DNA of 64,000 nt, taken from assembly GCA_964187785.1 (NCBI GenBank), contig OZ076409.1, positions 33,296,001-33,360,000 of the forward strand. Reading direction: 5' to 3'. This DNA comes from Amphiscolops sp. MND2022. Its lineage: Eukaryota. Under the pieces are notes generated by a model. That model ran no database searches and was not told where the DNA came from. It saw nothing but the letters and a program-made list of their open reading frames with translations. Both the position numbers and the translations under genes were made by a program. Shown here piece by piece: positions 1-13,000 of this stretch. The stretch's first letter is position 1. Each line of letters begins with the position of its first letter.

Positions 1-123
1 AGCCTACCCGACTTCCCACAGGGAAGTACCTCTGACCAAAACGTTACAACAAGTGCGACTGCCCCTGGCAGTTCACAACAGTTATCAACAGGCATACTAC
101 CCTCGAACAGAACCGAAACACGA

Positions 124-408
124 ATGGAAGAAGATCAAGAAGACTCACCCATTATTGTCGATCCTAACGATGAGCCAATGACGGACGACAACTTCATCTT
201 ATCGGATGGGGGAACTCCTGCCCAAGACGAACCCGAGGCGGGAATATCGCAAATGGATGCAGCCGACATTGAATCCGAGCTAGATAATCTGCTAACTATA
301 GACGACTCTGTTCAATATCCTCCCTTGGTGGCGGATCCTTCTGCAAACCCAGGAACAGCAGTCACATTATCCATCCCTGACCCACAGCCGAATCAAAATA
401 ACAAATAA
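124..408 (+). CDS. Acidic low-complexity C-terminal end of an ORF of an LTR retrotransposon that begins before the window
   Basis: ORF ends at 408 and is followed ~560 bp later by a PPT and an LTR; no recognisable domain. Confidence 0.35.
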   Translation: MEEDQEDSPIIVDPNDEPMTDDNFILSDGGTPAQDEPEAGISQMDAADIESELDNLLTIDDSVQYPPLVADPSANPGTAVTLSIPDPQPNQNNK

Positions 409-974
409 AGAAGCTACCTACGCTAACCAAGTAGAAACTAGACAGAGAAACACGCCAGTTACTTTCAAAAACATAAAAACTTTGTTTTGTTTGAATGGCC
501 CTTTGTCATTTACTTTCAGTTTGTGCTATATACATTGCATCCTCAAGCGATATTCACTATATACATTATGTTTTGAAAAGTACTCGCTTAAATTTTTGTT
601 GAACCGCATTGCGTTACTGGGCCCTGAAACAGTGTCCACCCCCTCCCACCTGGTAATTCACTGTTGCTACAAAGATCCAAGTGTTATTACTCATGCAGTG
701 CAAGAGCAATTTTAAAAGAATTTTTTTAAACCCAGACTGTTAATTTTAGAATCAACTGTCATACTTGTAATATTATCCAGTACTCCTAAACTTGTTAAAG
801 CCTGTCAACACTAGTGCGAAAGGAAATAATAGGAAAAAAGTAGAAAAACAAAAGAAAAAGAAATGAAAACAATAGGGTTTTGTCTGATTGTCTAGGCGAC
901 TCTCATCGCAGTTACCCTCTGGGTATGATCATCCTCTCATTTGTCGAGGACGACAAACTACGGCCCCGGGAGGA

Positions 975-1689
975 TGTAACGCCAGCCACCGGCATGACAA
1001 AATTTCGATGAAAATTTCGAAATGTGCGATATCAAAACAGCACATTCAAAATGGCCTACGTAACAGGTACCAAGACGTGAACGAGAGAAAAAAAGTGCGC
1101 GAAAGCAGAGCAAAAAAGAAAGCACATGAGAAGATATCAAATAAAGAAAGAAGAACGCGATGGAAAAAAGAGAATTCAGCAGAAAAAAAAATCAACCAAT
1201 CGGAATGTTGTGCCATCTCTCCGAGAAGACACCCGAAAGTGAAGAATGATGCCAGAGGCCGAGTCGATGAAGAACCCTAAACTGTAATGTTGTTGGTTCT
1301 TATCCCCGCATTTGGTTGTCATTTATCAAGTATTTGGGTGATGTTGGACCTACTAGGTCTCAAGTTTAGAACTCATTCAACAAATACAATGTATTTCAGC
1401 TAGACAACTTTTTGGACGTCACAAGTATGTAGGAAGTCATAGGAACCTGCTAGAAACCCTAGGATACGTTTTTACAGGCTTGTGGGGCTCGTCTGGACTT
1501 TGAGAGTGCCGGCGCGTTGCTTCGGAGCTCTAATTTGGGAAGCCTCTTTGACGATAGAAAAGTCCCCCTAGGAGACTATTTTGGGATTAAAAATTAGTGA
1601 CTAGGGATGTAGTAAGAAAACGGTCTCCTGTTTAAGCACCCTAGGCATTGTCCCTCCTCCTAGATGTGCGTCGCTAGCCGGTCGTTACA
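975..1689 (+). mobile_element. 3' LTR of a plus-strand LTR retrotransposon
   Basis: Starts TGTAACG and ends CGTTACA (7-bp terminal inverted repeat); purine tract GGGAGGA immediately upstream (968-974); its 3' half is similar to 59770-60069. Confidence 0.75.
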
Positions 1690-2355
1690 CAAGCTCTAGT
1701 TCCTCTTAGTTGAGAACATGCTTTCCTAAAAAATTTGGCCTTCTTGAAAATTTCCCATAATTGTTTCCAGAGCCCCTGCGTGTGTTGTTCTGTTGAAGTA
1801 GTTTATCTGCTGTTTCACATTCTTTTTGTTGCAATGACTCAATGAAATCGTTGCTTGAAATGCAAAATGATCATTTTCAGTTCAAATTTCAACACGTGAA
1901 CGGAGAATTAATAACGTTTTTTTTTCCAACGCGTTTGCCTTGAGCCAGTTTTATATTCCAAACATAATTTAGAGACTCTTCATCAACATTCAACTTTCAT
2001 AACATTGGTTCCGTTGGATAGGTAGAACTAGAGATAAATGAAGCTTTGTGAAAAGGTGCCTTTTGAAAAAAGAGCCACAAATGAACCCAAAAAAAAAACA
2101 AAAAATGCCAAAATTTGGCAAGCTTTGACTTTTTCTATGACGTTTTGTTCAGTCATTGAAAAACTAAGTTGGCAAAATTATCCGAGTTCATCGACAAAAC
2201 AATTAGTCATTCAGAAAGCTTTTTAGAAAAATACTTGAAGCACTTCTTATTCAAATTTCGATCGCGTTGGACTGTAACGGCAAGCAATCGCCGTCGCTTC
2301 TCCGTCCGTAGAGACGGAGGAACCTGTGACATGGGTATGTGTCTGGGACAGACGC

Positions 2356-3692
2356 TGTCGCAATTCTGTTTGCCTGTAAAAGAGTCTACTGAACAATCCC
2401 TAGACATTTGTCTCCGGTTTTCTGGTGTAAAGCCCATATTAGGGTGATTTTCCCATGTTTTCAGCGGTATCGCAGCTTCGGGGCTCCTTTGTAGCCCGCT
2501 GGATCTTCGGTCCACCATGGTGAATTACCTCTTCCCTGGGTATTAAGTGTATTTTGATTCGAAGGAAGTACTTTCTCAGTGATTGCTGCAGTAATTGCGT
2601 TTTGTATTTGGGAATTAAGACTAGATTTGATCTCATTCAGATTCCTGGACATCTGATTAGAAATTTTTTCACAAATCATTCTTGTTGTTTCTCTTGTCCT
2701 TTCACTTTTGTCTCTACTATAAGTGTTAAGAAGAGACCTAAAATCCTCTCCAGCTAAATCAGAACTTTGTTGAGGTCTACTTGACCCTGAATCCAAATAT
2801 AACTCATTTTCACTCTGGTTATTCCTATTCTCATTTCTTGAGTAACTTCCTAGCATAATATCAACAATTATCATATCAAACACGATGTCTAACTGTCTCA
2901 AACGCCTCTCTCTTGATTTCTGTTTTCTAGTCGAAGGCATTAAAGAAGAAATCAACGTTTTAACAATGAACTGTTTGAATGTCTTGAATAAATGAATGAA
3001 CGCTTCAGAGACTGGTACAACAGGAATGCAAATGCGGATTATCTATCACGATGAATGATAAATCAGATTGGTATCAACTAGTCAGTATCGAATTAGCATC
3101 AATTGTTTTTAGGTCCGAAAATCCCCAGCATTTAAAGTCATCAGAGAGTGACAACCCCTTTTATGTGGGTCATGTTACTAATTTTAGAAAACGATAATTT
3201 AAAAATAGCCTCTTTCCTGGGTTGCAATATAGTGACGTCTTGTTATCAATACATGGTGGCGGCGTACTGTTTTCACCGTGGCAGACACTTATTCCGCACA
3301 ACTACGGTAAAATTGAAATGAGTAACTGCAATCTGATTGGTTAATAACACTAGTATAGCGAACACATCAAGCTAGAGGAGGAGGAGTTCATTTGAACTCG
3401 TTTTCTCTCTTTCAATAATTGTGCTCCAGCTGTTTACATACCAATTTACAGCAACTAACAAACAGCAATTTTAATGTATAGCAAAAAAATAACAGCTTTC
3501 TAGTATGGCAGACACAAAATTACTTATAATAACATATCACATTTCATGTTAAATAAATAAAAGTTTTGCGGTGGCTGTCCGGACAGAGTGTCCGCGCGGT
3601 TTAAATTGGGAGAATTCCTGGAGGAGGGTTGGTATTATCTCCTTTCAATAGGATTTGATAGTAATTACCGTCGCAGGCGGTAGCCTAAGACA
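2356..3692 (-). repeat. 3' LTR of the large gypsy element (lacks ~190 bp present in the 5' LTR); contains a copy of the Gag N-terminal coding sequence (ATG at 2940)
   Basis: Colinear with 15760-17281; ORF 2461-2955 MPSTRKQKSRERR...; PPT (minus strand TAGGGGAG) at 3693-3700. Confidence 0.88.
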
Positions 3693-4408
3693 CTCCCCTA
3701 GGGACGAAAAGCACTGTTCCCTGATCCATCCCAGCAAGACAAGCTTCCAGTCTTCTTAGTCGCTCTCCATAAGTCTCGCCTCGATACGTTGTAGATTCAA
3801 AATAGCTCAGCCCCACAGTTTCTTTGACTTGCTCATAGCTGCGACCGCAGACGATACAGTCTCCGTACTGTGCCGTGTTCGGCTGTCCACAATGTGAGGC
3901 CATTCTAACACCTTATCCCTGAATACTTGAACTGATGGGGAGTGGGTGGTGCATCTGTGGTAGCTGGTCGTTGAAGTAAATTGGGCCACACTCATGTGCT
4001 GGCGAAGAAAAGGGAGTATCAACCTGAGGTTGTAATTTACCGCAATATTTGATTGGCGGACTGCTGGTCCTTGTCGCTCTACTCGTGCTTGTTTTCCTGT
4101 ACAGAAGACATGCCTGATCCTCAGTAATTCGCAATATGCTCTCGAAATAAACCCAAGGAAAGTCTGGGAGTTCACTTTTTGCACAGCCAGAAAAATCAGT
4201 GGTCATCCGTCCTCCGGCTATTGATGTTTACGACTGTACCGGTACTTGCCGATAACACACGATAACTCCAATATCGCTGTGGTCAGATGCGCTGGCCGCG
4301 GCATCCAGACTGTGCGACCACGTCCATTTCTTCCACGGACGAGAAGTAGCTTGGGCTTACCGGGGGTGCGGTAAGATTGTCGATCGAGAATTGTAGATTC
4401 ACTTCCAT
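3601..4408 (-). pseudogene. Sense-strand accessory ORF of the gypsy element, Cys-rich (HCGQPN...GDCIVCGR), extending into the 3' LTR; function unknown
   Basis: ORF pieces 4283-4477, 3913-4206 and 3685-3903, the last two in the same frame; the TAG at 3685 is CAG in the 5' LTR copy, so the frame reads on to TAA at 3601. Confidence 0.6.
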
Positions 4409-5652
4409 CTTGTATCGTTCAAAAGAAGTTTCTTTGCAATTTTTAAGAGTGATCAGTTTCGACTGTATTTGTTTCAAAATTTATTCGACTGATTTTTCCT
4501 AGTCCGGTAGACCTTTAGTGACTAACCGACTCGCGGGAACACTTTCCAGGGGGAAGGTAGTTGATAGTCTTCAATACCTTTTCCCTTTTCCTTTCCACTT
4601 ACGATGTTTCTTTCTTTTATCGAATTCCGAGGTGTGTCCTAACTTTCTTAATAGGTCTCCAAGTGCCTCTCAATTGGTTTGTTCAACAGCTTGAGATTAG
4701 ATTTTCATCGCTGGTAGTGTTTACTAACACTTACCGTTGGTACAAAATCACCCTCAACGACCACCGGTCCGCACAGCTACAGCCACGAAATTAGCTAATG
4801 AGATCGTTTCGATAATTAAATGAAGAAAATGTGATGAAATATGATTGAAGAAGCATGAAATTACGTTAACTATGTCTATTCTACGGTATCTTCTAGACTA
4901 TTAGATGAACGAAAACACACTGTAAAACTCAGCTTTGACTTATAGGTTTTACTTGACTTCAAAACGATTGGTTTTATAAAACGTGAAACAACTTCAAGAA
5001 GTTTAATTACCTTGATTAAAACGGATATCGTGGCCTACATGTCAATTCTTTGGTTACCATACTTTCTGTTTATTACATATACTTCATTCTAGATTACTTA
5101 ATTATAAGCCCTTTTACCATGGATAGATCCTGCCAGTGAAATTTTTATAAAACTAATAGTCTTGATTTCAAGTAATACCTATGAGTCAATGCTGAGTTGA
5201 TACAACGTAATTTCATAGTTTTGTGTCTAAACATTACTACTTCAATAGTTGTACGGACGCAGGTTCTACCATCAGTCTCTAGTTAAATTTCTATTCTCTA
5301 TTAATTCGTATCCTCAATTACCTACAACGCCGAGCTTCACAGATCAGTAGCCTCAGCTTTTTCTCACCACCTGGACCTGTCGTCTAGCTATCCTCACCGA
5401 ACTTATCCTTTCACTGCCCTGGGTCTGGTTAGGATTTCCCGCAGACGTGTTGGGAGATTCCCGAAGTAATTGGAACTGCTATTTAGCTCCCCCGTCATGG
5501 AGATAGCATCAGATTGGTTTGTTCAAGATTGTCTTCATTAAACTTGATCATGGTTTAACTTAGACGAAACTTGCTTCCTGCATCGTGAAATGTTTTCATA
5601 CTGAATCATTTATTTCAATCTTACTTCCAGAAGATTTTCAAAATGCGGTGAG

Positions 5653-8600
5653 ATGGATTTGTATGCAGGAAGTGAATCGCGAAAATTCATCCTTTTTTGT
5701 TTAGATGAATAGACTGATGGCCAACCGTCACATACTGAGGTTGAGGTGGAAACTACCCCTGTTACGTCATAATCACAGACGGCACAGACGGAGCACGTTG
5801 AGAAAGTAGCTACTGTCAATCCCCCAGTTGAGCCTGAGTATGTGGACACTAAGTCGCCCCAGCTAGATGCAACCCCAAAGCAATCTCCTTTCTCAAAATT
5901 ACTTACTAGTGACTGTAGTGGCTCGAGTGAAAGTTTACAAGCTTACTTTCCCAAAAAACGGTGAGCCTTGGGTCAGAAACTGGAGAATTGAAGCCATTAG
6001 AAGAAAAGGTACAACGTAATCGTGAAAGTAAGAGTGAGTTAATTGCCGTGACTACGCACTGTGAACAGCCTAGCAATGCGTTTCCCCAAGAGCATCATTT
6101 GCTATCATCCGGGTTTCTAGACTCGGCGTTGAACCCTTCTGAAGACAGAGTCCCATCAGTCTGTGATGCTCCATTCAAGAAGGTGGAATTAGATCCTCCT
6201 TCTGGCGTGCGTTCTCCACCACTCAGCATAGATACTAAGCGTCCTTCCTCTCTTACACATAGCTTTTCTGTTGTTCCGTCCTCAACTGCTGATTCTGAGC
6301 CACCTGCCGGCACTTCAGTTGTTCCTCCGAGTATTGGTTCTGATTTAGTCAGCGACACTGGCATTGGGTCAATTGTTGTTGCTGGTTCCACGCTAACAGA
6401 GGCAATGGCGGCAGGGAGGATACAAGAGCCAGTGACGCTCAGTGACAGTTCGAGTAACGACACTCCTGTTAAGGTCACAATCAAACCAAAGTCCCAATCC
6501 CTTCGGGTCAGCAGCCGATCTCTATTGAAGGAGCATTTCAACTCGTGTGAACCTTTTAGTCTATCTCCTGGCCTTCCCACAAAAGCGTTTACCGAGGAAC
6601 AAATTAGCAGTGCATTGAGAGGTGTCGCTAAATAGAACGCCAGGGCGTCTTACGACATGCTCAAAAATTTGATTCAAAGGGCTAGTCAGCTTAGAAGTAT
6701 GTTTTCTCTTACCCCGAAAAGACTACTAAAAGGACCGGGGTCCGACGTTCTGTTGGGAACAGCAGTGTAGACGAGATGTCCAGGGGACCTAGTGACACTA
6801 GCGGAGCTATACACAGAGGCGATGAATTTGGCAGCATCGGTTATCCTTATGAGCATTCAGAACCTGGTACAATCGCCCAACCTCCCCAGCAAACTGCCCA
6901 TTGCTCCTATAGTTCTATGAAACAACAGGCCACTAACGTTACATTTGAAGTCTCTAGCCCAGGAGATCAAACGCTTGCTTCATTGAAGCTCGAATCAATT
7001 CACGAGAAGGTTTCCCGACCTAGAGGTCAACGAGGACTTTTGTGGCTTCCTGTAAAAACTGAAGGAAGCCTACTTCAAAGGGAATGGAGGATCAGAACCT
7101 TTGTCTCTGGCCCAGTGGACCCGCGGTGGTACCCGTACAAAGTTTATTGCCAAATTTGCGAGGCAAATATCTTAATCTACGGGAAGGGCGCCCGCCCGCG
7201 AGATTCCAAGATATTACTCCACAGAGAAGCACCTCCGCAAGAACCAGCGCTGGCGATACGAGCATCTGGCTAGGATTGATCTCGTTACCAGGCTGAAAAC
7301 CCACCAAGTGCGAGGCAGAGATGGCAAGATCCTATCCCCATACCATTTAGAACCTGAGTACCCCCACTAGGCGGTTTTGGTGGACATAAGATAAAACTCC
7401 CCTTTTACGATTAAATTATGGCTGGCACGAATTACATGGCTTCCTCCTCTGACAATCGGGCACCTATCCAAATCTCAATCCTCAGCCGATGTCTTCAGCG
7501 GTATGGCGACAATAACGTCCCAAAGAGCTTCTGGTGTCATTGAGCGACATTGGCGTCATCGTCAACCACCAGTCCTTATTTACAGATTTCGACTGGGGGA
7601 GGGAACGACTATCCGTAAGTATCATTTTTATATTTGGCTAAACACATGTGATTATTTGCACTGTAGACTCTCAGTCGAAGTAGCTACATCGGTTCCTCTG
7701 TCCAATTACGTTGTCCTTCGCAGGTGCTCTTTCACTACATGTTTCTTGAGATGATCAACGATATTGGCACACAGGTGGCTTCCCGGTTCAAATACTCCCT
7801 TGAATTCGCTAATGACGGCCCGTTCACCGAATAGTTGATTTCGCCCATGCAATTCAGAGATTTTCAGTTTAGAACAACTAAACTCGCTCATGCATGTCCG
7901 AGTTTTTGCCCACCATTTTCCGAGTTTTGAAAGGACTTATCGGTTACCCCTCTGTAAAGGGGGTTTTCCACCACATCTTCATACGCTTCTGGCGTTATGA
8001 TCAGCTGTGTCGGGTTTTCTTGAGACGGACCGGACACCTTCAAGGCCAGACCTGAGCTGATATCTGCCTCATAGCTGGCGTGCTGGGTGTCATCTCGATC
8101 ACCCCTAATCCCATCAGTTGCACTGGGATGACTGCGCGCACGTTGATGGACAACTGCTCGTCACAAAGTTCGGCCCCAGAGCCCTCCTCGTTTTGATGAG
8201 CTGTCAATCCCCACACTCAAGCGTAAAAAAACTACAATGTGTTCGGAAAACTAGACTTCTTCTCAGTATTATGCTTCCTGGTCGTCTCTTTGGGCGGAAG
8301 CTTGGAGCTTGAGCGGGTGCTAATGTCCCCTGAATTGTCCACAGTGACTACATTGACTACATGTTCTAGCATTTTCCGCTTTATTTGGTCAGCAATTTCA
8401 GGTATCTATCTAGGCCATACGGTCTGGTGAGTTTGACCTCCACGCACTGCCCACCTTGTGTCAGGAGCTCTTACCAAACTGGACCAAAGTTGTTGAGTTC
8501 CTCAGCAAGTACGCCTTTTATCATGAGATGATGGGTGTCAAAAATCAAGTAAGTATTCTTCTAGCCCCATACACGTTTGGTTTCATCTTTAACATATAAA

Positions 8601-9915
8601 TTTTCCCTGGCAAGGTTTAATGTTTTCCGTTTCAGCCTCAAAGCCTTGAGTGGGGAAATGTTTTTGACGAACTATTTCCTGGTGGTTTGGAGCTCTTCTA
8701 GCGTCTAGTGCGGGACTGTTAGGAGGTTTAATCACAGTTTTTCTGTTAATTCGTAAAGAATCTTGGCATTGGTTGTTTGTAGATACAGGGGTGTTTCATG
8801 GTCAATTTGAAACAGCAATGAGACCGAGGGTTTTGTTTATTCCGAGAGCTTTGTCAACCCCTGTTCAAGTTAGGGCGACAATGTAAGCGTCACAGTAGTC
8901 TTCCTGAAGAATTTGATCATGCTGCAATTCTTGGCTTAGTACAATCGGACGCCAAGGCCCTGACCGTCACAGACTTCCTCTCGCTTTCAGAGTAAGGTTC
9001 AAAAATTTACCCTGCTTGCAAATTGAAGTTCGATTGGGACTTGGCTGAAAGGAGGGATGACGGTGGCCTTAGCTGCTGCCATCGCGAAGTGCAAAGAGTA
9101 ATATGGCTGATCTCTTAGGAGTTACGTAACTTTCTATTTGGAGCAGCGCAAGGGTTCAAAAGATTCACTTCGGACAACGTCAGACCAATGGGTGCTTTCG
9201 ACTTGGATATGCTTCTAGTTGACCCAATTCCACAGGCCACTTATTGCTTCAAACAAATGTTTACCAGCTTCCAATTGCGGGTGGCGTTTTCCAACCTGAC
9301 GAGGAGTCTATCTATTCTAAAATATATCTTTCTCTTCCAGATGAATTCAGATAATTGCATCCGAACATTCAGCAACCCAAGCTATTAATTACCAATCCTA
9401 ATGATTTCGTGTCTAGTCAAGATGCCCTTATGTCCCAGCCTCACTTGACCAGAGTTTTCCATTCTAGCTGTTTGTGTCTAGACGAGCCTCGCTTCTCGTT
9501 CCCAACTGTCAAGTTTGGGTCTCTAAGTACCGATGATCCCAAGAGCTCTGTCTTCGATGTCATCGCCCCCATACAGTCCTACCTTAGTAGTGTCCTGCGT
9601 GGACTTGAGGTTTTCATCTCCGATGAGTCCATCGCCAACATCCTTGCCTTGGTGCCTACGTTCGGCAAAACAGGTCTGAGTGATGTCTACAGTCTCTGGG
9701 ATCAGTTGGATCACTTTGGCCAAAAGCATATTCAGCATGCAATTGACCCTCCTCCTGCCAGTAGTCGTGAAGCTCCTGCAATTTCTGGTCAGCCCGGAAG
9801 CAGTAAATCCGTGGATCTTTTCCACGCCCACAACCACGGAAGACGACGTTGTTTGCTAATGCTAGAGAAATAGTTGTTGAAGGAAGCCAGTAGTCTGAAC
9901 AAAGGTCGCAATAAA
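5653..9915 (+). pseudogene. Antisense (relative to the element) intron-containing gene: S/P/T-rich N-terminus, BED-like C2H2 zinc finger, long unknown C-terminal region
   Basis: ATG at 5653; ORF pieces 5961-6635, 6776-7273, 9355-9873; YKVYCQICEANI...GKGA...STEKHLR motif (frameshifted); GT-AG introns 7615-7723 and 8549-8635 restore the frame; AATAAA at 9910. Confidence 0.62.
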
Positions 9916-10083
9916 TCTTAATTGAAACGTATGTACAGTTGTAGTATATGTTTCATTTTGTTCTCTATAGACTTTTACGATTCTTGCTGTTTATGTCCAT
10001 TTGTTGCTTTGTTTCTGTTACATATCAACCATTTCGCACTCAGTCAGGTCCCAGATAGGATATTACTAAAGTGGGACGAAAAT

Positions 10084-13000
10084 TTACATATTTGTGTAGT
10101 ATCTGTATTCGTCAGTGAAGTTGAGGGCGGGGTTAGGTCGAGGGTTATGTTTTCCTCCCATAGGGCTTTCATTGTCTTCAATCTTTTCATAATTTTTGTC
10201 TTTTGATACTTCGGGCACGATAGTATCGCTCCCTCCTGATGATTCTTGATCATTTACACCATCGTACGTTTTTTCTGCGCGTGTTTCTTTTCCAATCGGA
10301 ACAGGATTTTCTTTTTCATGTGGCCCGGGGGACCGAAGTTCCAAGTCTGTGAAAATTTATCCTGAGGATTGGTGTCAAGCGCAAAAGCGTTAGAATTGTC
10401 TGCGTCCCTGGACGTGTAGGAATCCTGCATCTCGGTTCGAATCGGGAAATTCACCGAAATGTGTTTCCCACGTGATGACATAGAGGTCATCTTGCGGATT
10501 GACAATTTCATCGTCAGGTTGCAGATTGCATTCCGGTCGAATATCCTGCGATAAGATATTTGGTTCGTATTAAGGCAATCTGATGCGGTGTAGGATTTGC
10601 GTTTTGTTGGAGTTTAGCTTCGGAACTATATAGTTTTCATTCGCTAAAACCTTTTCCACAAAATGAGGTCCAAGCCAACTATAATCATGAAATGGAATTT
10701 TTGAGCAGCCTTGAGAATCAGATATTGGTTGTAATATGGAACAAAACTCATTTTGTTGCAAAGGCGCCGCTTTGGCCTTCCGGTCAAAGTATTCTTTGAT
10801 TTCAAAAGATTGCATGTTGTTTTTCGACGTGAAATCCATCAATATCTGCGTTCGTTGCTTGAATTCATCTGCAAAGTCTGCAGTCGCAAGGACCTTCGTG
10901 CTAGGATTCAGGCCCATTTTGTGATCTAATATTATGTGTGGAATGCGTCCGTGGAAAATTCGAGATGGTTCACAGCCCAGACTGGTGTGGTAGGTCGTCT
11001 TATTGTTTAATACAGCTAGTGGCAGATGTTTATGCCACTGACGGCGGTAGCCCCTGAGGCCATTTCGAGATTTAAGTTGACCAGTTTACCAATAGTTTGT
11101 AGATGTTTTGTAGTTGCGCATTTAATTTGAATTACCAGAGTTTGGGCACTTTCGACTACCATCTTTGACGTAAAAGTAGTTCCTTGGTCAGTGATCAAAG
11201 TTGGTAGTAGTCTTTTTGCTTAATTTCTATGAGTAACTTGGAAATTCCTGGATGTTTATTAGCTTTTCCGCGTAAGGATTCTGTTCGCGAAAAGATTTAC
11301 ACTGTCTGGTAATAGTTTCTTCCATGACGGACAGTCGGTCGAATTGGCGACAGTAGTGATGATATCGGATATCCTGCAATAAAATTGGTCTCTCAGTAGT
11401 CTTCTTTCAATATTTTAGGTCGTAGCTGTTGCAATATGATGTCGTTGTTCTGCTTTATGGCTAGAGAGTTGATATTTGATAGTTTTTGAAATGTGGTAAA
11501 TTTCTAATAATTGGTTTTTTGTTTGGCAACTTTTTCAAATGAGATGTCTGATATTCGATTTGTTGGGTGAGTCCTTTCTTGCGTTGCCAAATTTGTTCTT
11601 CAATCTCCTCATCTTCTTCGAAATAGAAGATTTGTTCCAATTCAGAGACTGCCGCCGACTCGTCGTGTAGTTCGATCGTTGTTGTTGGGATATCCTCTCG
11701 AATTCTGAGGATTAATTTCTCTTCTAGAAAAATTTCTAGACGAGATAAAAAAATCAGCGGCTGTTTGTTTTTGCCAGGTATATGCGCAATAGTGAAATTG
11801 AACTGGATGACGTAGTCACAGGCATTCCAGAGTGTCGGTGGTATGATCTTGGTTTGAAAAAACCATGTGACGGATTTGTTGTCTGAGATTTGTTGTCTGG
11901 GATTTGTTGTCTGGGATTTGTTTTGGGTTCCTCAAAATATATGTCCTATTTCTTTGAATGCAAAGAATACTGCTAGCATTCCTCCGCGTATATGAACGTT
12001 TTCAATTAGGTAGGACTGAAGGTCTTAGATCCGTAAGCCGTAGCGCAAAGCCTTTCCTCGTTGAAGTATATTTCTCGAGAGGATCGTCTTTGATGAGAAC
12101 TGCCTACCCTGAGGCCGAAAAGCTAGCGTCTGTCATAATGGCTATTTGCTTGCTAGGTAGGGGTCGTTTGAGTGCCAGTTCGCAACATCGATCAAGAGCC
12201 TTGTTGATCTCGGTGAATTGTTCCCACAGGTCCGAAGTTGCCAAGACTTTTTCGTTTTTTGTCAACATTTTGAAAAACAGAACAAGTTTTTCTGAAAGCC
12301 TTTGGATGTAGTTTCGAAATTACTCATCGAAGTGTTTTCTTCGATATAGGAAATTTCGTATTTTATAGGAAGATTTGGACCTGTGGTCTCCGCGGCTTCA
12401 CCCCAGCAGGAGTAATGATACGACCCAGAAACTCGATTTCCGTTGTGCCAAAGTGACATTTGTGCATTGTAAGCAGCAGCTCTTTGAATGCAGCTTTTTG
12501 AGTGCCTTGAAAAGTGGCCCTAAGGTTGTTGATGACTTTTTCGGCATTATCTGAAGCAATACCAAAATATTCAACATATAGGGCGCATTGGTCTGCCTTG
12601 GTGACTTTGTCCAAATAATCGCGCATGAAGCTAGAAAAGGCTGAGAGGGCTCGACTAAGGCCCTGTGTCAACGGTTGGCGAATGTTCGGCTCGCGAAATT
12701 AAATGCAAGCATCTCAATGCACCTTTGGTCGGCCATTTGTAGGCAGTGGTATACATGAGAGCAGTCTAGTTTGCAAAAGAGTTTTTTGCCTGCCATATGC
12801 TGAGCTGCATCAGTTAGGGTACTGATAGGGCGGTTTTGGTTGATATAAACGTCTCAACCGGCCATTCGGTTTCTTTTGGGCAAATATTGGACTTGCATAT
12901 TTGGAAAATGGGAGTGTTGTTATTATCCCATATCGACGAAAAAGTGCCAATTCCACGCGGATATCCTTTTTAGAGTTAATTGGCGTCATTAAGTTTTGAC

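Noticed and set aside
2356..3250. Apparent second, truncated tandem copy of gag
   Set aside because: The GACGC TSD shows it is simply part of the 3' LTR.
11873..11927. 14-bp tandem repeat GATTTGTTGTCTGG in the RNase H region (similarly a 10-bp repeat three times at ~17617-17646)
   Set aside because: Local slippage in decayed sequence; no sign of function.
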